From Clostridiales bacterium (GTDB lineage: Bacteria > Bacillota > Desulfotomaculia > Desulfotomaculales > VENG01): 64,000 nucleotides of DNA. Where the stretch lies: contig JADQBQ010000017.1 in the NCBI GenBank assembly GCA_016278505.1, positions 37,357 to 101,356 of the forward strand, in the 5' to 3' direction. Each line of letters begins with the position of its first letter. Within the stretch, counting starts at the first letter, position 1. A model generated the notes under the pieces. The model saw nothing but the letters and a program-made list of their open reading frames with translations. It was not told the DNA's origin and did not search any database. Of this stretch, positions 26,619 to 35,423 are shown in pieces. The position numbers were made by a program, and so were the translations under genes.

Positions 26619-27539
26619 TTAATAGGGTGACCGGGGAACCCCTAATCTATATTTGCCACGGGTTTCTAACCCTCCGATACCATCAAAACCGGTTATCGTT
26701 GACGCAATTATATCTCGCAAAGATATGGGGTCATAAATGGAAGTAAAAGCGACCCTTTCCACCACAAAAACCGGATCGTACGCATGTATTAGTACCCTTT
26801 GCGGTGAACTGGCAAAATTGGCACCGGCCTCTAAAATAGCTTCATAATGAGATTGACAGGCACCGGCAAATATCACCAAATCATCCCTGCTCTTTTCATA
26901 TTTTCGGGCCTCTTTCACCGCCTTAACAAAATAACCTGAACTATGGTAATTAGTAATATCAGTAAAATCCTTTAAATCCTTTATAAAACCGTCGTGACCG
27001 GTTAAGACCAAAAAATCAGGACTGTGCAGCCGGAGCAACTCACGTACCTTTTGGGGTTGTTCCCTTTCGGGAATAAAATAGCCATGAACAGGAACATTCA
27101 GCTGTCTATAGGTAGCCAAACACAAATCTAGGTATTCCCCGTCACCATCTATATGAAGTACGGAACCGGGCACATCAAAGCTGTCCAGGTCACTAACTTG
27201 AGAGGGGTCTTCCTGGGATGCCCTTAAAAGAAATTTTTTGCGCTCATGCGTTCGCCGAATAAGAAGTCTCTGCAGTGTCTGGCTGTTTTCGGCAATACGT
27301 TGCCGCCAGTATTCGTTAACTTTTGATCCGTCAATTTTTTCCAGGTCCTCAATAGGTGCAGTTGCACACAGCCTGATATCAACACCCTTCAATCTGGCAT
27401 ACCGGTTTGCCTCATTATCTTCTATCAATTCAACAACTTTAAAATAGACATCAAAGTTGTACGACCTACGCCCTACCACATCACCCGGCTTAATTGTGCT
27501 CATTTCCTTCAACCTCTCTCCGTCACTCAGTTCATTCAT
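26619..27539 (-). CDS. yabG: sporulation-specific protease YabG
   Basis: 306 aa. The N-terminal segment (IKPGDVVGRRSYNFDVYFKV) and the conserved C-terminal region (LVLTGHDG......NYHSS.YFV.AV..AR........LVIFAGACQSHYE.I..AGANFASSP) resemble YabG as recalled. Located near ksgA as in Bacillus. Confidence 0.9.
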   Translation of the reverse strand: MNELSDGERLKEMSTIKPGDVVGRRSYNFDVYFKVVELIEDNEANRYARLKGVDIRLCATAPIEDLEKIDGSKVNEYWRQRIAENSQTLQRLLIRRTHERKKFLLRASQEDPSQVSDLDSFDVPGSVLHIDGDGEYLDLCLATYRQLNVPVHGYFIPEREQPQKVRELLRLHSPDFLVLTGHDGFIKDLKDFTDITNYHSSGYFVKAVKEARKYEKSRDDLVIFAGACQSHYEAILEAGANFASSPQRVLIHAYDPVFVVERVAFTSIYDPISLRDIIASTITGFDGIGGLETRGKYRLGVPRSPY

Positions 27540-27672
27540 ACTATGATCATAAAGCTATTTAGGTGTTACTTTAATAATTGTTTGACTCCATAAATAGCAC
27601 TTTTTTCCTCAGCCTCATATGTATGGTATTGGAGATTCTACTTAAATCATATTTGCACTTGCAGGGAAAGGA

Positions 27673-28491
27673 ATGAGTACCGTGATAGCAGCCGTTATCC
27701 CCTCCCAAAATGAAATACTCACCATTCCCAAGGTTTTAAATTCTTTAAAACAAGTTCCGGTAGATATCATTATTCCGGTAATCAACGGTACTACCGATGG
27801 AAGTTTAGAATTTATTAGGAAACTAAAAGGTGAGCAACTGTACCCCGTTTGTTTTCCGGAACCCCTGGGTATCGACGTTCCCCGGGCAGTCGGGGCTAAG
27901 ATCGCCCGAGACCTTAAAGCTTTCATGGTTATTTTTATCGACGGAGACATGTCCGGAGACATCGGCCAGAACATTAAGCAACTGGTTGAGAGTGTACTAG
28001 AGGATAGGCTGGACTTGGCTCTTACCGACTGCTACCCCCATTCCCATCCAAGGTATATTTCCCCCTTGGCAGCAAAGGTTCTGGAATTTAGGAAAAACCT
28101 CAATATTGAACTATCTCAAGATCACCTTGGTACAGCATCGCCATCCCACGGACCGCACGCCATTTCACGCCGGCTTTTAGAAATCACTCCTGTAGAATAC
28201 TTTGCCCTCCCCCCCACATTGCTGGTTATTGCTGTACAAAAAGACTTTAAAATAGGTATAGGCACATCAGTTGATCACTCTGCTTTGGGCTCTCAATTGA
28301 AAACCGCCCTCCATTCCAGCCTTATAGCGGATACAATCGTGGGGGATTGCATAGAAGCTTCACAACTGTTTAAGGGACTTCCCCGCCACCGCTGCTTAGA
28401 ATACAATAAATATATTGGTTACCATAACACCAGGCGGTGGGACCTACTTGCAAAGTTTTTAGAGCATAGGATAAAAACTGACTGTACTTAG
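27673..28491 (+). CDS. GT-A-fold glycosyltransferase-like protein
   Basis: 272 aa. N-terminal AAVIPSQNE (like the GT2 IP.YNE motif) and a DxD-like FIDGDMSGD. Specific function unknown. Confidence 0.55.
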   Translation: MSTVIAAVIPSQNEILTIPKVLNSLKQVPVDIIIPVINGTTDGSLEFIRKLKGEQLYPVCFPEPLGIDVPRAVGAKIARDLKAFMVIFIDGDMSGDIGQNIKQLVESVLEDRLDLALTDCYPHSHPRYISPLAAKVLEFRKNLNIELSQDHLGTASPSHGPHAISRRLLEITPVEYFALPPTLLVIAVQKDFKIGIGTSVDHSALGSQLKTALHSSLIADTIVGDCIEASQLFKGLPRHRCLEYNKYIGYHNTRRWDLLAKFLEHRIKTDCT

Positions 28492-28495
28492 AGAA

Positions 28496-28608
28496 CGAGT
28501 TGAGAGTGAACTCGTTCAGCTTAAACTGAACACCGGAGCGAAAGAGAAATTCCCACTTCTAGAAGTGGGAATCTTAAGGGCTCCGTTATGGTTCATGTGA
28601 GTTTAGAC
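28496..28608. repeat. repeat module D, copy 1
   Basis: gtgaactcgttcagcttaaactgaacaccggagcgaaagagaaattcccacttctagaagtgggaatcttaag is about 85% identical to 57561..57643. The end motif ggttcatgtgagtttagac recurs at 39423..39441. Confidence 0.85.
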
Positions 28609-28635
28609 AAAAAAGTCCGGTGCACTCGCCACCGG
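28609..28635 (-). terminator. intrinsic terminator after the ykuK-like gene
   Basis: ccggtg-gcgagtg-caccgg hairpin followed by T6 on the minus strand. Confidence 0.55.
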
Positions 28636-28657
28636 CCCCTCTGATCATAATATAGTT

Positions 28658-29128
28658 TTACTTGGTATGTTTATCGGCAACACTGGATGCACCATAGGCG
28701 TCAGGCTTTACCTTGGCATCAAACCCGCTACCGGTAACCATTCCCACCACTTCCTTAATCAAATCCCTGGTCTTACCGTTTTCACCGGCATCAATATGAA
28801 TTTCCACAGGAAGATCAGCCAGCCCGTTGTTCGCAAAATATTTGGTAATCCTGCCACCTAATTCCAGGCTCAGTGCAGTTTCATAAAAAAGCTTTTGCCT
28901 CAGGCTGTTTATTTTTCGCTGCACCCTTTTTTGATAAAAGTACCGTGCGCCTTTTCCCAGGCGATGCACCACCACCGCAGTAATAAAACAGGTATCATTT
29001 TGCACCTGAGAATCAGATCCGATAATAATTTTGTAAGATGAGCTGGGCAAACCGGTAATGTAATGCAAAATTTCCTTCATCATGGCCTCAAAATACATTT
29101 TGCCTTTTGTAGGACTTATGAAATGCAA
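28658..29128 (-). CDS. YkuK-family (DUF458) RNase H-like protein
   Basis: 156 aa. The pattern IIIGSDSQ......F.TAVVVHR.GKGARYFY matches the YkuK family as recalled. Confidence 0.75.
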   Translation of the reverse strand: MHFISPTKGKMYFEAMMKEILHYITGLPSSSYKIIIGSDSQVQNDTCFITAVVVHRLGKGARYFYQKRVQRKINSLRQKLFYETALSLELGGRITKYFANNGLADLPVEIHIDAGENGKTRDLIKEVVGMVTGSGFDAKVKPDAYGASSVADKHTK

Positions 29129-30015
29129 CTACTCCCGCTCCTTTTCTCACAGCACCTGGCCAAAGCAGCAAATTCCTCTATACCAAACGTTTCCCCACGG
29201 GCAGAGGGGTCAAGTCCTGCTTCATTGATAATAGATTTCCACTGCTCCTTAGAAAGCTCAAAGGAAGAACCTGAAAGGGCATTAAGTAATGTTTTGCGGC
29301 GCTGTCCAAATGCAGCCCGGACAAGAGCAAAAAAAATTTTTTGATCTCCTATATTAACCGGCGGCTTATCCCTGCGTACCATCTTTACCACAGCCGATCC
29401 AACTTCGGGCCGGGGCACGAAAACATTTTTTGATACTTTACATACCACCTCCGGTCGTGAGTAGAAGTTTATGGCTATGCTCAAAGCACCACAATCCTTG
29501 GAACCAGGACGAGCTACCATGCGCCTAGCCACTTCCTCCTGCACCATTACAATGATTACAGAAAACTTAGAATGTCTCTCCAGTACATGCATGATCAGAG
29601 GAGTAGTAATGTAATAAGGTAAATTGGCCACTATTTTATAACCTGAAGGATATTCGTATCCTTTTTGGTACCCAGCATTTTGATTAACCAAATCGTCAAA
29701 ATCAACTTTTAGGGCATCTTCATGAATCACTTCCACATTATCGTGGTCCTGTAATGTTTCCTTCAGGATTGGCAACAAATTTTTATCTACTTCAATGGCC
29801 AGTACTTTGCCGGCCTTTTTAGCCATTGCTTTGGTCATTGCTCCCAGACCGGGTCCAATCTCAACTATGGTATCACGGCTACCTATTTGGGCCGCGGCAA
29901 TTATTTTAGATATTATATTAGCATCCACCAGAAAATTCTGTCCTAAACTTTTTCTAAACTTAAATTGATATTGTTCCGTCAAACGCCTTACGGCAGCAGG
30001 CGAGGCAAGGTCCAT
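29116..30015 (-). CDS. rsmA: 16S rRNA (adenine1518/1519-N6)-dimethyltransferase
   Basis: 299 aa. KSLGQNFLVD motif and SAM-binding VEIGPGLGAMT. yabG/yabE synteny. Confidence 0.95.
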   Translation of the reverse strand: MDLASPAAVRRLTEQYQFKFRKSLGQNFLVDANIISKIIAAAQIGSRDTIVEIGPGLGAMTKAMAKKAGKVLAIEVDKNLLPILKETLQDHDNVEVIHEDALKVDFDDLVNQNAGYQKGYEYPSGYKIVANLPYYITTPLIMHVLERHSKFSVIIVMVQEEVARRMVARPGSKDCGALSIAINFYSRPEVVCKVSKNVFVPRPEVGSAVVKMVRRDKPPVNIGDQKIFFALVRAAFGQRRKTLLNALSGSSFELSKEQWKSIINEAGLDPSARGETFGIEEFAALARCCEKRSGSSCIS

Positions 30016-30117
30016 AAATAATTACACTCCTAGAAAATTTCTCTGTATAACAATAATTATATTCTTTCCAGTTCAAACCAAAATTTGCATTTAATTTAAA
30101 TAGGAGGGTTACCCCTC

Positions 30118-31104
30118 CTATTCCAATACGTAAACCTTTACCTGGCGTACCCCCCACCTGTAAGCTTGTTGGCGGCTTTCTAAAAAGACATCTATCTTAT
30201 TCCCTTTAATGGCACTGCCCCGGTCCAATGCCGTACAGTAACCATATCCGTCTACATATAGTCTAGTACCTAAAGGTATCACGCTGGGGTCTACGGCAAC
30301 AACTCCGCGCCTGGGAGGAACACCTGAGGCGGTATTATTACCGGTATAAGTGTATGCGGTAGAAACCATATCAATTGCTTTTGCATATCGGACCGTTTTA
30401 CCTCCCCTGGAAATAATCTTGGCTGAACCCACTTCAACGATTCTGTCTACAGGCTGGCGAATAATTTCTTTGGATTTAAGTTCGCGACTGTGTTCCTTCC
30501 CATTGCGGTAGGTAATTTGCCAGACCTTTTTTACCAAACCAGGATGCCCCTGCTGCACTACTTTAGTATTTCCCCGGGGAAGCTTAGCACTATTCTGCTT
30601 CACAGTTTTATTGGGAATGGAAACTTCTTCTTCTACAATCTGGGTCTTTTGCCTGACTACTTCTACTACCATTCCTCTTTCTATAGGCTTTTCCATAGCC
30701 GGACTAACACTGTCTTCCGCCTGTAAAGTTATGCCGAACTCCTCCAGAAGTGCTTGTACTGTTGAGCTGTGTGTATATACCTTTTTTATTGAACCGTCAG
30801 CCTTCAACGTTAACGGAACTGCCCTTTTTACAGTAACAGTCATCCCATCATGCAAAAATTCACTCCGTCCGGGCTTAACCCGGTCATTTTCCTGCAACTG
30901 TATATTCTCTGCTTTTAAAAGCTGTTCCACGGTTAGAGCGAAGGCCTGTATATTTTGTTTTTTATCGTCCATATTCAGTGTTACTGTTTTATTGGCCCAA
31001 GAAAACCCGGCAAAAATAAGACAACCCGCTAAAGTGATGATCAATAAAATCTTGTTTGCGGGTATTTTGCACTTTTTCTCCCCCTGGCTGCCTGATTGCA
31101 CCAA
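30118..31104 (-). CDS. yabE: YabE-like cell-wall protein (DUF348 repeats, G5 domain, C-terminal 3D domain)
   Basis: 328 aa with an N-terminal TM segment. The C-terminal 3D-domain motif is GVVAVDPSVIPLGTRLYVDGYG...ALDRGSAIKGNKIDVF. The start could be the GTG at 31101. Confidence 0.85.
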   Translation of the reverse strand: MVQSGSQGEKKCKIPANKILLIITLAGCLIFAGFSWANKTVTLNMDDKKQNIQAFALTVEQLLKAENIQLQENDRVKPGRSEFLHDGMTVTVKRAVPLTLKADGSIKKVYTHSSTVQALLEEFGITLQAEDSVSPAMEKPIERGMVVEVVRQKTQIVEEEVSIPNKTVKQNSAKLPRGNTKVVQQGHPGLVKKVWQITYRNGKEHSRELKSKEIIRQPVDRIVEVGSAKIISRGGKTVRYAKAIDMVSTAYTYTGNNTASGVPPRRGVVAVDPSVIPLGTRLYVDGYGYCTALDRGSAIKGNKIDVFLESRQQAYRWGVRQVKVYVLE

Positions 31105-31259
31105 ACCACCTCTTCCATTTTTTAGACCATTATCACCTAATTGGTTTAATAGTTATTCTACTAGAAACTTTCTATTCCTGCTATCCTATTTTTGTTTTCC
31201 ATTTTTTGTTACTAAGGTAAGCATTCGGATTTGCCTGGAACAGGTGGTTTGCATATAAT

Positions 31260-31793
31260 TTAAAACTCTACTCCCCTTTGTGCTTTGATACCTTTCTCAA
31301 AAGGATGTTTTACCTCCTTCATTTCCGTCACCAGGTCGGCCAGGTCGGCTATCTCCGGCAGCACATCTCGTCCGGTAAGCACCAGGTGCAATTGAGGCGG
31401 CTTGTTCTGTACCATACTCAAAACTTGTTCCTTCTCAACCAGCCCGTAGGAAAGTGCATAGTTAATCTCGTCCAGGATAATCATATCGTATTTTCCGGAC
31501 GCCATTTCCTCTTTAGCACTTTCTAGAGCTTGCGCTGCAGCCTTCCGGTGTTCGACCATCTTCTCCTCGTCATTATCCATGATAAAACCTTTTCCTGCCT
31601 GTCGCATTTCAAACCGTTCACCAAGTGCTTGAGCAGCCTTAAGCTCGCCGTATTTCCAATTACCTTTGATAAACTGCAGCACTAATATCCGCATTCCTTG
31701 TCCCCAAGCACGAAAGGCCATACCCAAAGATGAGGTAGTTTTACCCTTTCCGTTACCTGTAAAAACAAGTATTAAGCCGGTTGTCTCTGCCAT
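31260..31793 (-). CDS. cobO: cob(I)yrinic acid a,c-diamide adenosyltransferase (CobO/BtuR type)
   Basis: 177 aa. P-loop TGNGKGKTT followed by LQFIKG....GE, typical of CobA/CobO. Confidence 0.9.
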   Translation of the reverse strand: MAETTGLILVFTGNGKGKTTSSLGMAFRAWGQGMRILVLQFIKGNWKYGELKAAQALGERFEMRQAGKGFIMDNDEEKMVEHRKAAAQALESAKEEMASGKYDMIILDEINYALSYGLVEKEQVLSMVQNKPPQLHLVLTGRDVLPEIADLADLVTEMKEVKHPFEKGIKAQRGVEF

Positions 31794-31813
31794 ATGAAAG
31801 CCCCCTTGATCTG

Positions 31814-32584
31814 TTATTTTAAGTTAAACAATTTCTTGGCGTTAACGCTGGTTGCTGCTGTTAAGTCTTCTGGAGCCATTCCCTTTAATTCAGCCACACA
31901 TTGAGCCACATATTTAACATAACCGGGCTCATTCCGCTTGCCCCTTTTAGGCTCCGGGGCCAGGTACGGACAATCGGTTTCCAAGAGTAGGCTGTCCAGA
32001 GCAATCTTGACAGCTACTTCCTTCGCCTGGCGGGCATTTTTAAATGTAACCGGCCCGGCCAGGGATATGTAAAGTCCCATATTCATACACTCCCGGGCCA
32101 TTTCCCAGCTGCCGCTGAAACAGTGCATTACTCCCCCTGCTTCTCCAATACCTTCTCGTCTTAGAATTCCCAGCAAGTCTCCGTGAGCATCACGGTCATG
32201 AATAATAAAAGGTTTTTTAATATCCTTGGCCAGATTCAGTTGTTCCACAAATACTTTTTGCTGTACGGCCCGGGGGGAAAGATCACGATAGTAATCCAAC
32301 CCCATTTCCCCCATGGCTACCACTTTAGGGTGTTGTGCGTAGTCGGCTAATACCTGCAAGTAGTTTTCAGGCACATCTGCTGCATCATGCGGATGTACCC
32401 CCACGGAAGCATATATAAAATCATATTTTTCCGCCAAATCAATGGCCTTGGGAATAGAGTCCATATCGAAGGAAACACAGATGAGCTCTGCCCCTCCCTC
32501 TTCCCTGTATCTTTTTATTACTTCTTCCCTATCTTCATCAAAGGCTTTGTCGTAAAGATGGGCGTGGGTGTCAATAAATTGCAT
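31814..32584 (-). CDS. tatD: TatD-family metal-dependent hydrolase/DNase
   Basis: 256 aa. Starts with IDTHAHL, then G.HPH and ETD.PYL motifs. Adjacent to metG as B. subtilis yabD is. Confidence 0.9.
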   Translation of the reverse strand: MQFIDTHAHLYDKAFDEDREEVIKRYREEGGAELICVSFDMDSIPKAIDLAEKYDFIYASVGVHPHDAADVPENYLQVLADYAQHPKVVAMGEMGLDYYRDLSPRAVQQKVFVEQLNLAKDIKKPFIIHDRDAHGDLLGILRREGIGEAGGVMHCFSGSWEMARECMNMGLYISLAGPVTFKNARQAKEVAVKIALDSLLLETDCPYLAPEPKRGKRNEPGYVKYVAQCVAELKGMAPEDLTAATSVNAKKLFNLK

Positions 32585-32639
32585 ATATTGCCCTCCTTCT
32601 CAAAATGCGGATGTTGGATACTGGAAGTTGGAAATTAGA

Positions 32640-33010
32640 ATATAAGGATTTGCATGTTTGGCTTTGGGGTAAACAATTTTTTGACGGGATTTGCGGGATG
32701 GGTGGGATTTTAAAAGATGTGCATGTCTGGCTTTGGGGTAAACAGTTTTTTTTGACAGGATTAACAGGATTTATAGGATTTTTAAAAAATAATATAATCA
32801 TAAAATCAAATCTTCTCGATTTAAACAGAAACTTGCAACCATTCCCCAATAAAAACCAAAATGTTTTAAAAGACCCAAAAGCCCTGACCCTAAAGCATCC
32901 ATGTAATCCTGTAATCCTGTCTAAAAAACGACCCCAAAGTTTCGACCCAAACAATCTTTTAATTGTTGTCCCCAAAGTTGGGCATGCAAATTTCCTAATC
33001 CCGTCAAAAC
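32640..33010. repeat. repeat family E cluster (two direct and two inverted copies) filling the tatD-metG spacer
   Basis: tgcatgt(t/c)tggctttggggtaaaca(a/g)tttttt..gac(g/a)ggatt occurs at 32651-32692 and 32719-32765. Inverted, partly permuted copies lie at 32905-32950 and 32967-33010. A related copy is at 39300-39385. Confidence 0.8.
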
Positions 33011-33027
33011 CTCATCCCCAGCAACAA

Positions 33028-34578
33028 CTACTCCTCCAGAGTCTCCAAGTCAATACGCGGGAACAGTGGCTTGCCCTTTTGCATCGTGGTCTTAGCCATA
33101 TTGCCCCAGGTCAAAGAATCCCAGGTATGCAACTCAGTTTGCCCCTCCAGCCCCAAAAGAGGCCAGGCACGCGGCGGGAAATCAGGCATAATAGGAGTCA
33201 CCATCACAGTAACCATACGCATACACTCCGCCACATTATACAGCACATCATTACACCGCTGCTTCCTTTCCGGGTCCCTTGCCAGGGCCCACGGGGAGGT
33301 TTCCTCCAGGTACTTATTCGCTCTACCCACCAACTGCCAGACAGCAGCCAAAGCATTGGAAATATCCATGCGCTCCATCAAATTTTCCACTGTTTGCGGC
33401 GTCTTTTGTGCTAATTCAATAAACTCTTGATCCGGTCCTTCAAGCGCTGTGGGCTTTTCCAAATGGCCGTCAAAATATTTTTTCACCATGGCCGCCGTAC
33501 GGTTAAATAAATTGCCCAGGTCATTGGCTAAATCCTGATTTATCCGTTGTACCAAGGCTGACTCGGAATAATAACCGTCGGAACCGAAAGGCAGTTCTCG
33601 CAATAAGTAATAGCGTATGGCGTCTAACCCGTACTTATCTATCAATACCAGGGGATCAACCACGTTTCCCTTGGACTTACTCATCTTTCCGCCCTCTAAT
33701 AGCAGCCAGCCGTGTGCAATAACCTGTTTGGGCAAAGGCAGTTCTGCCGCCATAAGAATAATGGGCCATATAATAGCGTGAAAACGAACTATATCTTTAG
33801 CCATCAGGTGAACATCAGCAGGCCAAAATTTATTATATTTGCTCTCATCTTCACTGCCGTAGTCCAGAGCTGAAATGTAATTGGTCAGGGCATCTATCCA
33901 CACGTAAATCACATGCTTGTGGTCAAATGGCACCTGAATTCCCCAATCAAAAGTGGTTCTGGAAACGCACAAGTCCTCCAGGCCGCTGTTAATAAAACTA
34001 ACCATTTCATTGCGCCTGGATACCGGCTGTATAAACTCAGGATTATCATCTATGTGTTGGAGCAACCGACTCGCATATTTAGACATCCGGAAAAAGTAAC
34101 TCTCTTCCTCCATGAATTCCACCGGCCTGCCACAGTCCGGACAATTCCCTTCTTCCAGCCGGGCATCAGTCCAAAATGTTTCACAAGGCGTACAGTACCA
34201 ACCTTTATAGCCCGCTTTATAGATATCGCCCTGGTCGTACAACTGTTGGAAAATTTTTTGTACCGTCCGCTGGTGCCGCTCTTCTGTAGTCCGAATAAAA
34301 TCGTCGTTGGTTATTTTTAATTTGTCCCAGAGGTTTTCAAATCCCGCAACTATTTTATCTACATACTCTATCGGTGACTGTCCCTTGGCCTTGGCTGTGC
34401 GCTCAATTTTCTGGCCGTGCTCATCTGAGCCGGTAAGGAACCATACTTCATGGCCGGTTAGCCGCTTAAACCTGGCCATTGCATCTGCAGCCACCGTTGT
34501 ATAGGCATGGCCTATATGCAAGTTATCGCTGGGATAATAAATGGGCGTCGTAATGTAGAATGTGTTATTTTGCGACAT
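33028..34578 (-). CDS. metG: methionine--tRNA ligase (short form without the C-terminal tRNA-binding domain)
   Basis: 516 aa. HIGH-type motif NLHIGHAY, KMSKS motif, and zinc knuckle CPDCG. Confidence 0.95.
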   Translation of the reverse strand: MSQNNTFYITTPIYYPSDNLHIGHAYTTVAADAMARFKRLTGHEVWFLTGSDEHGQKIERTAKAKGQSPIEYVDKIVAGFENLWDKLKITNDDFIRTTEERHQRTVQKIFQQLYDQGDIYKAGYKGWYCTPCETFWTDARLEEGNCPDCGRPVEFMEEESYFFRMSKYASRLLQHIDDNPEFIQPVSRRNEMVSFINSGLEDLCVSRTTFDWGIQVPFDHKHVIYVWIDALTNYISALDYGSEDESKYNKFWPADVHLMAKDIVRFHAIIWPIILMAAELPLPKQVIAHGWLLLEGGKMSKSKGNVVDPLVLIDKYGLDAIRYYLLRELPFGSDGYYSESALVQRINQDLANDLGNLFNRTAAMVKKYFDGHLEKPTALEGPDQEFIELAQKTPQTVENLMERMDISNALAAVWQLVGRANKYLEETSPWALARDPERKQRCNDVLYNVAECMRMVTVMVTPIMPDFPPRAWPLLGLEGQTELHTWDSLTWGNMAKTTMQKGKPLFPRIDLETLEE

Positions 34579-34589
34579 GGTTATTCCCT

Positions 34590-34905
34590 TCCTTTATTGT
34601 TTTTAATTCACTAAGTGCCTTCACTAAAAAAACCCTCACCCCTGGCCAGGGGCGAAGGTTTGCCTCCGCGGTACCACCCTATTTGGTATTTCCTGATGGA
34701 AATACCCTCAGTGAGAACAAGGAACTTTCCCCGGTTCTCCGAACATGATAACGGTGTTCACCCGTCCTGACCTACTAGCCCTGACAGGGCTTTCAGCCGG
34801 CAGCTCCGGAGCCATGTTCAGTCCTTTCCCCGGCGGGCTTACACCATCCCCGCTCGCTTTAACAGGTACATGAACCTACTCTTCTCCTTCTACGCCTAAT
34901 AATGC
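34590..34905 (-). promoter_or_regulatory. T-box leader (tRNA-sensing riboswitch) controlling metG
   Basis: The minus strand carries the T-box sequence AAUAGGGUGGUACCGCG (complement of 34667-34683). A terminator hairpin ccttcgcccctgg/ccaggggtgaggg plus T7 follows (34626-34659). An upstream AGAGA/GUA-like stem I region is present, and an AUG triplet (complement of 34813-34815, context GAACAUGGC) is a candidate Met specifier. Confidence 0.85.
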
Positions 34906-34919
34906 AATCAGTTTGTGAG

Positions 34920-34949
34920 ATTGTACATTAGAAATGTCCATCTTGTCAA
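34920..34949 (-). promoter_or_regulatory. sigma-A-type promoter of the metG T-box leader
   Basis: On the minus strand: TTGACA, 18 nt, TACAAT. Confidence 0.5.
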
Positions 34950-35007
34950 GTTTTCCCTAAATAGGAGAATGATATACAAAAATAACCAAAGATTTTCAAA
35001 AAACGTA

Positions 35008-35036
35008 TTGACTTTTAATGGCATCGTTGGTACCAT
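35008..35036 (+). promoter_or_regulatory. candidate sigma-A promoter of abrB
   Basis: TTGACT, 17 nt, TACCAT, about 55 nt upstream of the abrB start. Confidence 0.3.
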
Positions 35037-35090
35037 TTAGATGTGATATCTCGTCGAAATTTGCGATAATTTTTTGGGGAGGGAAAGTCT

Positions 35091-35360
35091 TTGAAATCAA
35101 CGGGTATTGTTCGTAAGGTGGACGAGCTTGGTCGAGTTGTAATTCCCATTGAGTTGCGTCGTACGCTGGGAATTGATGAAAAAGACGCGCTGGAAATTTA
35201 CGTTGATGCAGAAAAAATTGTATTGAAAAAATACGAGCCGGCCTGTGTTTTTTGTGGTAATGCCGTGGATATTCAACACTATCGCGGTAAATTAGTTTGT
35301 CGTGAATGCGCCACAGCTATGTTTGAAAACGCCAAGGTAAATTCTAAAGAAGCTATCTAG
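35091..35360 (+). CDS. abrB: transition-state regulator AbrB (SpoVT/AbrB swapped-hairpin domain) with C-terminal CxxC...CxxC
   Basis: 89 aa with a TTG start after RBS ggggaggg. MKSTGIVRKVDELGRVVIPIELRRTLGI.EKDALEIYVD matches the N-terminus of B. subtilis AbrB as recalled. The C-terminus carries CVFCGN...CRECA. Divergent from metG as in Bacillus. Confidence 0.95.
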   Translation: MKSTGIVRKVDELGRVVIPIELRRTLGIDEKDALEIYVDAEKIVLKKYEPACVFCGNAVDIQHYRGKLVCRECATAMFENAKVNSKEAI

Positions 35361-35423
35361 CCCTTTAGTCAGCTAGCTTTGTAGTAAGCTTATTTTTGAT
35401 GTTAAGAAAGAGAGGGAAAGAAA

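Noticed and set aside
27642-27974. 110-aa minus-strand ORF opposite the start of the GT-A-like gene
   Set aside because: It is antisense to the better-supported plus-strand gene, which has an IPSQNE...DGD pattern and sensible length. It would also overlap the yabG promoter region.
30611-31258. 215-aa plus-strand ORF opposite yabE
   Set aside because: It is a shadow ORF with Ser/Phe/Cys-rich nonsense composition and no RBS. The minus-strand yabE has clear G5/3D domain motifs.
31105-31259. cyclic-di-AMP (ydaO-type) riboswitch upstream of yabE
   Set aside because: The leader is AT-rich and lacks the conserved pseudo-two-fold ydaO core motifs. Only the anti-SD pairing is reported.
32649-32765. 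Possible CRISPR array (two ~45-bp direct repeats about 25 bp apart)
   Set aside because: There are only two direct copies. Inverted and permuted copies of the same unit lie nearby and at 39.3 kb. There are no cas genes and no regular repeat-spacer periodicity.
32571-33414. Long ORFs on both strands (32571..32975 minus, 134 aa; 32605..33414 plus, 269 aa) in and around the tatD-metG spacer
   Set aside because: They run through the family E repeats and then antisense into metG. Their composition is low-complexity and repeat-derived (WLWGKQFF appears twice because the DNA repeat does). They have no RBS and the 3' part shadows a strongly supported gene.
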